Below are positions 35,835-44,464 of a stretch of DNA of 64,000 bases, piece after piece. This DNA is from an uncultured Candidatus Binatia bacterium (lineage in GTDB: Bacteria > Desulfobacterota > Binatia > UBA9968 > JAJDTQ01): positions 2,784,001 to 2,848,000 of the forward strand of contig OZ243916.1 in assembly GCA_965213675.1 (NCBI GenBank). Direction: 5' to 3'. Both the position numbers and the translations under genes were made by a program. Within the stretch, counting starts at the first letter, position 1. Each line of letters begins with the position of its first letter. The notes under the pieces were generated by a model, which had not been told where the DNA came from, did not search any database, and saw only the letters and a list, made by a program, of their open reading frames with translations.

Positions 35835-37139
35835 ATGGCCAAGATTTTCCCCTTCCGGGGGCTCACCTATGATCCCAACAGCGTCGGCGATCTTTCCTGC
35901 GTAATGGCGCCGCCCTACGACGTCATCTCGCCCGAGCACCAGGCGGAACTGTACGAGCGCTCCCCGCGGAACGTCGTGCGCATCGACTTCAGCCGCGACC
36001 CCAGCCCTTACGCCACGGTGCCGCAACGCTTCCAGGAATGGCAGGATGACGGCACGCTGGTGGCGGAGGAGGCCCCGGCCATCTATTACCTGAGCCAGGA
36101 GTACCGGCTTCGGAACGGCGTCGTGCGGGAGCGGCGCGGCTTCATCGCGCTGGCCGCCATCGAGGACTTTGGCGACGGCGCCATCCACGGGCACGAGGCC
36201 ACCCTGGCCGAGCCCAGGGAGGACCGCCTGAAACTGATGCTCGCCTGCGACGCCCAGTTCAGCTCCATCCTGGCGCTCTACTCCGACGAGAAGCCCACCC
36301 TCACCGACGCGCTCTGCGCGCATGTCCGCTCCCAAGAGCCCAAGATCGAGGCGGAGTTGGGAGAGTTCGGCGTCTCCCGGCTGTGGGCGGTGACGGAGCC
36401 GGCGCTCATCGGCATGGTGCGGGAGGCCCTGCGCGAGCGCGCGGTCTTCATTGCCGACGGACATCACCGCTACGAGGCCGCCTGCAACTACCGGCGCCGG
36501 CGCCTGGCGGAGCGGCCCGGCGCCACCGGTGACGCGGGATTCAACCGGGTGATGATGTACTTTGCCAACCTGAACGAGGAGGGCGTGGTGATCCTGCCCA
36601 CCCACCGGCTGGTGCGCGAAACGCCCGCGGCGCGCCCCGCGGATCTGGCGGCGAAGCTCCGGCAGTCCTTTCACGTGGAGGCATTCCCACGGGACCCGGG
36701 CGGGCGGCGGCGGTTCCTGGAGGCGCTCGAACACCCGAAGGACGGCGAGCGCGTGATCGGGGCCGCCTTCAGGGACGATGAGCGCTACCTGGCCCTGCGG
36801 CCTCGGGACGCCAACGCCATGGAACGGTTGGCGCCGGAGATGAGCCCGGAACTGCGCGGGCTGGATGTCACCACGCTCCACGTGCTGCTCATGGAACACG
36901 TCCTCGGCGTGTCCACCCGCGACGCCGTCAACACCGATGCCGTGTCCTACACCCACGACGCGGAAGAGGCCCTGGCCGAGGCGGAGGCGGGGCGCTGCCA
37001 GGCCGCGCTCATCCTCAACCCGCCGACGGCCGGCGAGATGATCGCCGTCTCGCTCAAGGGCGAGAAGATGCCCCAGAAGTCCACCTATTTCTTCCCCAAG
37101 CTGGTCACCGGGCTGGTGATCCGCAAGGTGGAAAGTTGA
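35835..37139 (+). CDS. DUF1015 family protein
   Basis: APPYDVIS, HE.T, IADGHHRYE, ILPTHR, MPQKSTYFFPK. Confidence 0.9.
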   Translation: MAKIFPFRGLTYDPNSVGDLSCVMAPPYDVISPEHQAELYERSPRNVVRIDFSRDPSPYATVPQRFQEWQDDGTLVAEEAPAIYYLSQEYRLRNGVVRERRGFIALAAIEDFGDGAIHGHEATLAEPREDRLKLMLACDAQFSSILALYSDEKPTLTDALCAHVRSQEPKIEAELGEFGVSRLWAVTEPALIGMVREALRERAVFIADGHHRYEAACNYRRRRLAERPGATGDAGFNRVMMYFANLNEEGVVILPTHRLVRETPAARPADLAAKLRQSFHVEAFPRDPGGRRRFLEALEHPKDGERVIGAAFRDDERYLALRPRDANAMERLAPEMSPELRGLDVTTLHVLLMEHVLGVSTRDAVNTDAVSYTHDAEEALAEAEAGRCQAALILNPPTAGEMIAVSLKGEKMPQKSTYFFPKLVTGLVIRKVES

Positions 37140-37183
37140 AAATGACACGTTGCTGTCCAACCGGAGACGCAAGGAACACGACC

Positions 37184-38179
37184 ATGTCCAGATTGCACTT
37201 GACGCTGGCGTGCGGCGACTACGACCGCACCAAAACACTGCAGGACGGCTCGCTGAGCCCCGACGGCATCGCCCTCAACTACCTGCCGATGCAGGCGGAG
37301 GAAATCTTCTGGCGCATGGGGCACCACCAGGAGTTCCACTCCTCGGAGATGTCGCTGGCCAATTACATCACCATGACGTCGCGCGGCGAAAGCCCGTTCA
37401 CCGCCATCCCCGTGTTCCCGTCGCGCTATTTCCGCCACTCCTGCGTGCTCGTCAACACCGACCGGGGCCTGGACAAGCCCGAGGACCTGAGCGGCAAGCG
37501 CATCGGCGTGCCCGAGTATTCCATCACCGCGGCGGTGTGGATACGCGGCTTCCTGAACGATGACTACGGGGTCAAGGCCAGCGACGCCGAGTGGTTCACC
37601 GGCGGACAGGAAGTCCCGGGGCGCAAGGAGCGCATCGAGCTACGGCTTCCGCCCGAGATCAAGGTGCAGCCCATTCCGCCGGACCGGACCCTGAACGACA
37701 TGCTCGACAAGGGCGAGATCGACGCGCTGGTCACCGCGCGCATTCCGTCGTGCCACGCCGCCGGCGCGCCGCACATCCGCCGCCTGTTCCCCGACTTCAA
37801 ATCCGTGGAGATCGACTACTACCGGCGCACGAAGCTATTCCCCATCATGCACACCGTGGTCATCCGCAACGACGTCTACGAAGCCAACCCGTGGGTGGCC
37901 CGAAGCCTCTACACCGCCTTCTGCCAGTCCAAGGACGACGCCATCGACCGCATGAACATCAACAACACCATGGCCAGCACCCTCCCCTGGCTCCAGGCCG
38001 AGATGGCCCTCCTGCGCGACGTCTTCGGCGACGACTGGTGGCCCTACGGCATCGAACCCAACCGCCACGTCATCGAGGCCCTCACCCGCTACATGGGCGA
38101 ACAGGGACTGCTGGGGGATAAGGTCCCCACCGTGGAGGAGTTGTTTGCGCCGACGCTGATCGGGGATTACCGGCTGTAG
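37184..38179 (+). CDS. 4,5-dihydroxyphthalate decarboxylase-like / PBP2-fold protein
   Basis: LACGDYDRT, SEMSL, PVFPSR.FRH, FPIMH, WPYG. Confidence 0.8.
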   Translation: MSRLHLTLACGDYDRTKTLQDGSLSPDGIALNYLPMQAEEIFWRMGHHQEFHSSEMSLANYITMTSRGESPFTAIPVFPSRYFRHSCVLVNTDRGLDKPEDLSGKRIGVPEYSITAAVWIRGFLNDDYGVKASDAEWFTGGQEVPGRKERIELRLPPEIKVQPIPPDRTLNDMLDKGEIDALVTARIPSCHAAGAPHIRRLFPDFKSVEIDYYRRTKLFPIMHTVVIRNDVYEANPWVARSLYTAFCQSKDDAIDRMNINNTMASTLPWLQAEMALLRDVFGDDWWPYGIEPNRHVIEALTRYMGEQGLLGDKVPTVEELFAPTLIGDYRL

Positions 38180-38303
38180 GGTCCGGCAGGTCCTTCCAGC
38201 CCTGGCAACATCGGAGGGAAAGAGAAGAGGTTGCCGGAGAAGGGGATCACCGAGGAGAAGGCGTGACGGCCGCAGGCGGGATTGACGGGAGCGGGGCGCC
38301 GCC

Positions 38304-38732
38304 ATGAACCACATGACCCGCGGGGAGGCAGCCTTCGTTCGTCAGGCCCGGGTAGGAGTTCTGGCCACGGTGGACGAGCGCGGCCAGCCGCTCAACGTCC
38401 CCTTCTGCTTCGCCTTCGACGGCGCGTGCCTGTACTCGCCCATCGACGAGAAGCCCAAGGCCGTCGCGCCGCGGGAACTCAAACGGCTCCGCAACATCCG
38501 CGCCAACCCCCGCGTCTCCGTCGTGGTTCACCGCTACGACGACGAGGACTGGTCCCGGCTTGCCCACGTCATCATCCAGGGCGAGGCCTCCCTGCTGGCG
38601 GAGGGGGACGCCCACCGCCAGGCCGTCCGGCTGCTGCGCCGGAAATACGCCCAGTACCGCGCCATGGCCCTGGATGCACGGCCCGTCATTCAGATCCGGG
38701 TTCTCCGTTGCATCCGTTGGGGCAGCATCTGA
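38304..38732 (+). CDS. PPOX-class putative F420-dependent oxidoreductase (TIGR03668-like)
   Basis: LAT, DEKPK, LKRLRNI.ANPRV, YD.EDWSRL, KYAQY. Confidence 0.82.
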   Translation: MNHMTRGEAAFVRQARVGVLATVDERGQPLNVPFCFAFDGACLYSPIDEKPKAVAPRELKRLRNIRANPRVSVVVHRYDDEDWSRLAHVIIQGEASLLAEGDAHRQAVRLLRRKYAQYRAMALDARPVIQIRVLRCIRWGSI

Positions 38733-38761
38733 TTTCTCCGGCCCGGCGGCAGCGGATCAGG

Positions 38762-39346
38762 CTACGCCACGTCCTTGATGGACGACACGCCGGTGGCCTT
38801 CATCATGCGTTCCAGGAAGGCGTGCACGTGGGTGTAGCCGGCGTCGAGTTCGCGGTCCAGGGCGGTGTAGAGGTAATGGAGCTGGGCGTAGATGGAGATG
38901 TCGGCGAGGGTCATGCGGCCGAAGAGGAAATCCCTGCCGGAGTAGAGCAGGTCGAGATTCTCCAGGTGGACGGCGAGCCCCTTTTCCGCCTGTTGGATGT
39001 CCTCGTCGGTCTTGGCCCGCCGGAAGGCCATGACCGCGGCGTTGAGGTCCTCGTCGGCCCAGTCCTCCAGCATCAGGCACAGTCCCTTGTCCGAGGGATT
39101 GTCCGGGTAGATGGAGGGCTCGGGAACCTTCTCTTCCCAGTACTTGGCCAGGACGGTGGAATCCTGGACGCACCGGCCGTCGATGTCCATGGTGGGGACC
39201 TTGCGCTGGTTGGAGAACGCGATCAACGATTCCCGGTTGTCGGCGCGCACGTCCACCACCTCGTAGGGAACCTTCTTCATGGTGAGAACCACGCGAAGCT
39301 TCTCGCAGAACATCGAAGTCCTGGAGTTGAAGAGCCTGTTTGCCAT
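38762..39346 (-). CDS. Glutathione S-transferase family protein
   Basis: SMFCEK, KVP, QDSTV, TLADI. Confidence 0.85.
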   Translation of the reverse strand: MANRLFNSRTSMFCEKLRVVLTMKKVPYEVVDVRADNRESLIAFSNQRKVPTMDIDGRCVQDSTVLAKYWEEKVPEPSIYPDNPSDKGLCLMLEDWADEDLNAAVMAFRRAKTDEDIQQAEKGLAVHLENLDLLYSGRDFLFGRMTLADISIYAQLHYLYTALDRELDAGYTHVHAFLERMMKATGVSSIKDVA

Positions 39347-39606
39347 GGGGATGCCTCCTTGTGCCGCTCAAGCGGCGGGTAAACGTTGCGCGTGCGGGGT
39401 GTGCTTCCGCTTTGTGTCCGAGGTCCGTGTGTTCGCCGTGCCGGCGGAGCAATCCAGCGCGCGGCAGGGCATGCGGACTTCACATAGAACGTCGCCGGTC
39501 AGGCGTCAACTGGCCGGTTTGTGCTAGTGTCGTGTTTCTGAAATACGTGGACGCAAGTGTGAAGGGTACGCAAGCGTCAAGGGCAGAATGGCGGGGGGTA
39601 TCGGCC

Positions 39607-41055
39607 ATGAGCGAAATCCATTTTGTGGACACGACGTTGCGCGACGGGCAGATGAGCCTCTGGGCCACGCGCATGCGCACGGGGATGATGCTGCCCATCG
39701 CCGTGCGCATGGACCGGGCGGGCTTCGACGCCATGGAACTGATGTCCAGCATCTTCCTCAAGAAGCTGGCCCGGGACCTCCGGGAGGACCCCTTCGAGCG
39801 GCTGCGCCTGATGGCGGCGAAGATGCCCAACACGCCGCTGCGCATGACTTCCGGGCGCTTCAACGCCTTCGAGGTGACGCCCTTCTCCCTGTACGAGCTC
39901 TACCTCCAGCGCATGCGCGCCAACGGCATGCGTCAGGCGCGCATCTCCGACGAGTGGAACGACTTCGATGGCTGGCGCGACAAGGTACGGACCGCCCGGG
40001 AAGCCGGGCTCGAACCCATCGTGAACCTGATCTACTCGGTATCCCCCAGGCACACCGACGCCTACTACGCGGAGCGGGCGCGCCAGGCGGCCACGCTGGA
40101 ACTGTCGCGCATCTGTCTCAAGGACCCGGGCGGCCTCATCACTCCGGACCGGGTACGCACCTTGGTGCCGCTGGTGCTGGAGAACGTCAACGGCATCCCG
40201 TTGGAGTTCCACACCCACTGCACCACCGGGCTGGGGCCGCTGTGCTGCGTGGAGGCCATCAAGCTCGGCGTCACCATCGTCAACACCGCCCTGCCGCCGC
40301 TGGCCAACGCCTCGTCCAACCCGTCGCTGTACAATGTGGCCGCCAACGCCCGCGCCCTGGGGCACGCCACCGCGGTGGACGAAGCGTCGCTGCACGCGGT
40401 GTCGGAACACTTCACCCGCATCGCCGAGCGCGAGGGCCTGCCCCTGGGGCGGCCGGTGGAATACGACCACGGCCAGTACCTCCACCAGGTGCCCGGCGGC
40501 ATGTATTCCAACCTGCGCCACCAACTGGAAAAGGTGGGACTGGAGCACAAGTTCCCGGAGGCGCTGGAGGAATGCGGCCGGGTGCGGGAGGAGTTCGCCT
40601 ATCCCATCATGGTGACGCCGCTCTCCCAGTTCGTGGGCAGCCAGGCCGCCATCAACGTCATCGTCGGCGAGCGCTACGCCCAAGTCACCGACCAGAGCAT
40701 TCTCTACGCCCTGGGCCTGTGGGGCGAGGAAGGCAGCCGGCTCATGGACCCGGAGGTCAAGGACAGGATTCTCGCCCGGCCGCGCGCCCGGGAGCTGGCG
40801 CGGTGGCAGCCGCCGCAACCGTCCATCGCCGAGATCCGCAAGGGCTTCGAGCCGGGCCTCTCGGACGACGATCTGCTGCTCCGCTGGCTCATCACCCAGG
40901 ACGAGTTCAACGCCATGCGCGCCGCCGGCCCGGCCACTCCGTACACCGGCAACGGCGTGCTCGGCCTGCTGCAAAACCTGCGCGGTCACAAGGCCAACCA
41001 CGTGTACATTCAGAAACCGGGACTGAAGCTGGCGCTGCAGGGGTCAGCGAATTGA
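39607..41055 (+). CDS. Pyruvate carboxylase B / oxaloacetate decarboxylase alpha-like carboxyltransferase without a biotinyl domain
   Basis: DTTLRDGQ.SL, KDPGG, HTHC, HQVPGGM, YPIMVTPLSQFVG; no AMKM motif. Confidence 0.85.
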   Translation: MSEIHFVDTTLRDGQMSLWATRMRTGMMLPIAVRMDRAGFDAMELMSSIFLKKLARDLREDPFERLRLMAAKMPNTPLRMTSGRFNAFEVTPFSLYELYLQRMRANGMRQARISDEWNDFDGWRDKVRTAREAGLEPIVNLIYSVSPRHTDAYYAERARQAATLELSRICLKDPGGLITPDRVRTLVPLVLENVNGIPLEFHTHCTTGLGPLCCVEAIKLGVTIVNTALPPLANASSNPSLYNVAANARALGHATAVDEASLHAVSEHFTRIAEREGLPLGRPVEYDHGQYLHQVPGGMYSNLRHQLEKVGLEHKFPEALEECGRVREEFAYPIMVTPLSQFVGSQAAINVIVGERYAQVTDQSILYALGLWGEEGSRLMDPEVKDRILARPRARELARWQPPQPSIAEIRKGFEPGLSDDDLLLRWLITQDEFNAMRAAGPATPYTGNGVLGLLQNLRGHKANHVYIQKPGLKLALQGSAN

Positions 41056-41082
41056 GACAATTGCACCGCAGGGACCTTACGG

Positions 41083-41295
41083 AACGTCATTCCCGCGGAA
41101 CAGGCCGTGTCAAAACCCGTGAGGCAAAACCCTACGCAATGTCATTCCCGCGGAAGCGGGAATCCAGGGGCGGCTAGTGTGCCCCCACCACTCCCCCTGG
41201 ATTCCCGCTTTCGCGGGAATGACTCTTCGGGGTGGCGCGGCGGGTTCGTTGCCGGGGTGGAGTTTTGACACAGCCTGTTCCGCGGGAATGACGTT
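41083..41295. repeat. Nested palindromic composite of GTCATTCCCGC REP-like units
   Basis: Outer 34-bp inverted repeat (41083-41116 / 41262-41295, 1 mismatch) encloses an inner inverted pair (41141-41170 / 41194-41223). Confidence 0.88.
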
Positions 41296-41347
41296 TCGCA
41301 AGGTCTCTGTCTGACGAGTCTGACACACCTGGCGCGGGAGGCATCCC

Positions 41348-42424
41348 ATGAGCACGAACACGGAAACCGACGCATTCTACCGGGAAGTGGACGAGAAGCA
41401 CCTGGTGCCGCTGTGGAACATTACCGCGAGCGCCCTGCCCGCCGAGCCCAAGTCTCCGGTGAAGGCGCACCTGTGGCGCTGGGCGGACCTGCGCCGGCTG
41501 GCGCGCCAGGCCGGGGATCTCGTGCCCATCGAGCGCGGCGGCGAACGGCGCGTGTTGGGGCTCGTGAACCCGGGGCTGGGCGGCAAACACGCCGCCACCC
41601 GAACGCTGTGGGCGGCCGTGCAGATCGTCAAGCCGGGTGAGATCGCCCCGTGCCACCGGCACACCCCTTCGGCCATCCGCTTCATCATCGAGGGCGACCG
41701 CACCTACACCAACCTGAACGGCGACAAGTGCGTCATGAGCCGGGGCGATCTGGTGCTCACGCCGAGCTGGGACTGGCACGATCACGGCTGCGAGTCGGAC
41801 GAACCCATGATCTGGATGGACGGGCTCGACCTGCCGCTGGTGGGAGATCTCGACGCCGCCTTCTTCGAAATGTATCCGGACCACCGCTTCCCCGTCACCG
41901 ACGTCAACGAGTCGGAGCGGAAGTTCGGCGTGACCCATCTCCGTCCCACTTGGGAGAAGCCGCCCGAACACCGCTCGCCGCTGCTCAACTTCAAGTGGGA
42001 GCCCACCCGCGACGCCCTCCAGCGCATCGGCGAGGGTCCAGCCAGCCCCCACGACGACGTCTGCTTCGAATACCTGAACCCGGCCACCGGCGGCCCGGTG
42101 CTCACCACCATGAGCTGCACCATCCAGAAAATCCGCCCCGGTGTGCGCACCCAGGCGCACCGGCAGGTGCAAAGCTCCGTCTACCTGGCCTTCTCGGGCA
42201 AGGGCTACTCGGTCATCAACGGCCAGCGCTTCGACTGGGACGAGGGCGACTTCTTCGTGGTGCCGCCGTGGGCGTGGCACGAGCACGCCAACGAGACCGA
42301 CGGCGAGGCGCTGCTGTTCGCCATCCACGACACCCCGGTGATGAAGGCCCTTGGCCTGTACCGTGAAGAAAGCTATACAGACAATGACGGTCACCAGGAG
42401 GTCACCGGCGCCTTCAAGGCCTGA
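41348..42424 (+). CDS. Gentisate 1,2-dioxygenase-like bicupin
   Basis: ERRVL.LVNPG, HRHTPSAIRF, WHDH, WMDGLDLP, WAWHEH. Confidence 0.88.
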   Translation: MSTNTETDAFYREVDEKHLVPLWNITASALPAEPKSPVKAHLWRWADLRRLARQAGDLVPIERGGERRVLGLVNPGLGGKHAATRTLWAAVQIVKPGEIAPCHRHTPSAIRFIIEGDRTYTNLNGDKCVMSRGDLVLTPSWDWHDHGCESDEPMIWMDGLDLPLVGDLDAAFFEMYPDHRFPVTDVNESERKFGVTHLRPTWEKPPEHRSPLLNFKWEPTRDALQRIGEGPASPHDDVCFEYLNPATGGPVLTTMSCTIQKIRPGVRTQAHRQVQSSVYLAFSGKGYSVINGQRFDWDEGDFFVVPPWAWHEHANETDGEALLFAIHDTPVMKALGLYREESYTDNDGHQEVTGAFKA

Positions 42425-42465
42425 TGGGCCACCCGGTATCCGGAAACGCGGAAGGAACCGTAAGC

Positions 42466-42702
42466 ATGGCGAAGTATCTTGAATGCAGCCAGTGTGGCAA
42501 GCTGGCCTTCTACTACGACGGCTACGTCGGTACCGAGAAGCCCTTCTACCTCAAGAATATGATCTATCCGGACGGCACGCAGCCGGAAACACCCCGTTGC
42601 CTCATCTGCAACGACGTGCCGCGCCTGCTCTTCGACTTCATCAAGGAAGACAAGAACCCCCTCCCCACGCGCAAGTCCGCAGAAGAAGCCGCGTCCGAGT
42701 GA
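42466..42702 (+). CDS. Small CxxC...CxxC zinc-ribbon hypothetical protein
   Basis: CSQC and CLIC pairs, RBS gaagga, host-like codon usage. Confidence 0.7.
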   Translation: MAKYLECSQCGKLAFYYDGYVGTEKPFYLKNMIYPDGTQPETPRCLICNDVPRLLFDFIKEDKNPLPTRKSAEEAASE

Positions 42703-42732
42703 TGCATCCCGACCCCGTGCCGACCCGCCTTC

Positions 42733-43224
42733 CTACTGCGCGCAATTCACCAGCGTGATCCGGCCGGTGGCTTGGGAGTAGGTGGCGACGCCCGTGCTGG
42801 TCCGGCAACCGCCGTCGACGGTGGCTGTGACGACGAACGTGCTGTCGTTGGCCGTGGTGACGGCGGGGGTAATGTTGGCGCTCTCGGTGTAGCCGAAAGG
42901 GCCGAGGTCGGCGGGGTCATCGGCGTAGGTGTCGTTCTCGAGGTAGTACGCCTCCTGGGCCAGAGCCATGTTGCGGGCATTGGCCTGGGCGTCCGCGTCG
43001 AAGCCCTTGCGCCGGTAAGCCCCGAACTGCGGGATGGCCACCGCGGCCAGAATGCCGATGATGGCGATGACCACCAGCAGCTCGATGAGGGTGAAGCCCG
43101 CGATCCGCGTGGGGACTCGCTTTCCCGACTCCGCCGCCCGCGCCGCGCTCGAGCCGCCATGCCTGCCGGCCACGATGGGGGCGCCCCTCATGACTCCTTT
43201 CGCCGCATCACCGAACATTTTCAT
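42733..43224 (-). CDS. pilA: Type IV pilin
   Basis: G|FTLIELLVVIAIIGILAAVAIP; C-terminal Cys pair. Confidence 0.9.
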   Translation of the reverse strand: MKMFGDAAKGVMRGAPIVAGRHGGSSAARAAESGKRVPTRIAGFTLIELLVVIAIIGILAAVAIPQFGAYRRKGFDADAQANARNMALAQEAYYLENDTYADDPADLGPFGYTESANITPAVTTANDSTFVVTATVDGGCRTSTGVATYSQATGRITLVNCAQ

Positions 43225-43239
43225 CCGTGACCCCCTTTC

Positions 43240-44460
43240 TCACTGCACCATGCCGCCCATCTGAAAGATGGGCAGATACATGGAGATGACAATGCCTCCG
43301 AGAACGACGCCGAGAAAGATCATCAGCGCCGGTTCCATGAGCGTGGTGAGCCGCGTCACCGCGCGGTCCACCTCTTCCTCGTAGAAGGACGCAACCCGGT
43401 CGAGCATGGTATCGAGGGCGCCGACACTCTCACCCACGGCCACCATGTGGCAGAGCATCGCGGGAAAGAGGCCGCTGGCCGACAGCAGTTCGGCGAGGGT
43501 CCGGCCCTTCTCCAGCCCGTCGCGGGTCTCCAGGACGGCCCGTTCCAGGACCTTGTTGCCGGCGGTTCCGGCGGTGACGGCGAGGCTGTCCATCAGGGTG
43601 ACGCCGGAGCGGAGCAGGAGGCCGGTGTTGTGGCTGAAACGCGCGAGGGCCGCCTTGCGCCACAGGTCGCCGGCCAAGGGCAACCGCAACAGCCACCGGT
43701 GCACCGCGCACAGGCCCCGCTCGGTCCGGCAGGCCATGCGCAGTGCCAGCGGTACCGCGGCGACCCCGACGAACAGGACCGGGGCATAGTCGTATGCCGC
43801 CTGGCTCAGGGCGATGGTCAGTTCGGTCAGCGGCGGCAGCGCCCTTCCCATGCCCCGGTAGATTTCCGCGAACACGGGGATGACGTAGAGGAGCAGGATC
43901 GCCACCACCGCGGTGGCCACCATGACGATGGCGGCAGGATAGACCATGGCGGTGCGGACCTTGCGTTTGAGCCGTGCGGACCGCTCGATGAACAGGGCGA
44001 GGCGGGCAAGCACCTCGCCCAGGACGCCGCCTCGCTCGCCAGCGGCCACCATGCGCACGAACAGAGTGTCGAACAGACTCGGGTGCCGGGCCATGGCCGC
44101 GGTCAGGGTCATGCCGTTGGACACGTCGAGGCGCAGGGCCTGGAGCGCCTTGCGCACGACGCTGTTCCCGGTCTGATCGGCCAGCACCCCGAGGCATTCC
44201 ACCACGGGCACGCCGGCCTCGATCATCACCGCGAAGTTCCGCGTGAACATGACGATGTCGTCGGCGCCCACCCGGGGCGCGAGCCCGGGGATGGCGATCT
44301 CCCGGCGGAGCCCCTTGCCCTTCTCGCGGATCCCGTTGGGGAGAGGCTGGAGCCGGCGGCGGCGCAACTCGGCTGCCACTGCCGCGGGGTCCGCGGCCTC
44401 CATCTCGCCGCGAAGCAGACGGCCCTCGCGCGTTCTGCCCTTCCAACGATACAGCGCCAT
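43240..44460 (-). CDS. pilC: Type IV pilus platform protein (PilC/GspF)
   Basis: AGERGG.L, AMVYP, VGE..G.LD.ML, MEP, MYLPIF. Confidence 0.92.
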   Translation of the reverse strand: MALYRWKGRTREGRLLRGEMEAADPAAVAAELRRRRLQPLPNGIREKGKGLRREIAIPGLAPRVGADDIVMFTRNFAVMIEAGVPVVECLGVLADQTGNSVVRKALQALRLDVSNGMTLTAAMARHPSLFDTLFVRMVAAGERGGVLGEVLARLALFIERSARLKRKVRTAMVYPAAIVMVATAVVAILLLYVIPVFAEIYRGMGRALPPLTELTIALSQAAYDYAPVLFVGVAAVPLALRMACRTERGLCAVHRWLLRLPLAGDLWRKAALARFSHNTGLLLRSGVTLMDSLAVTAGTAGNKVLERAVLETRDGLEKGRTLAELLSASGLFPAMLCHMVAVGESVGALDTMLDRVASFYEEEVDRAVTRLTTLMEPALMIFLGVVLGGIVISMYLPIFQMGGMVQ

Positions 44461-44464
44461 GGCG

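Noticed and set aside
38180-38303. Purine-rich intergenic stretch reading ...LPEKGITEEKA-stop
   Set aside because: It may be a gene-end remnant but has no recognisable motif.
39524-39547. ctagtgtcgtgtttctgaaatacg as a further MITE A end
   Set aside because: Only loosely similar and no partner end was found; possible relic but not supportable.
41083-41295. CRISPR array
   Set aside because: The units are inverted and nested, not direct repeats with regular spacers, and there are no cas genes.
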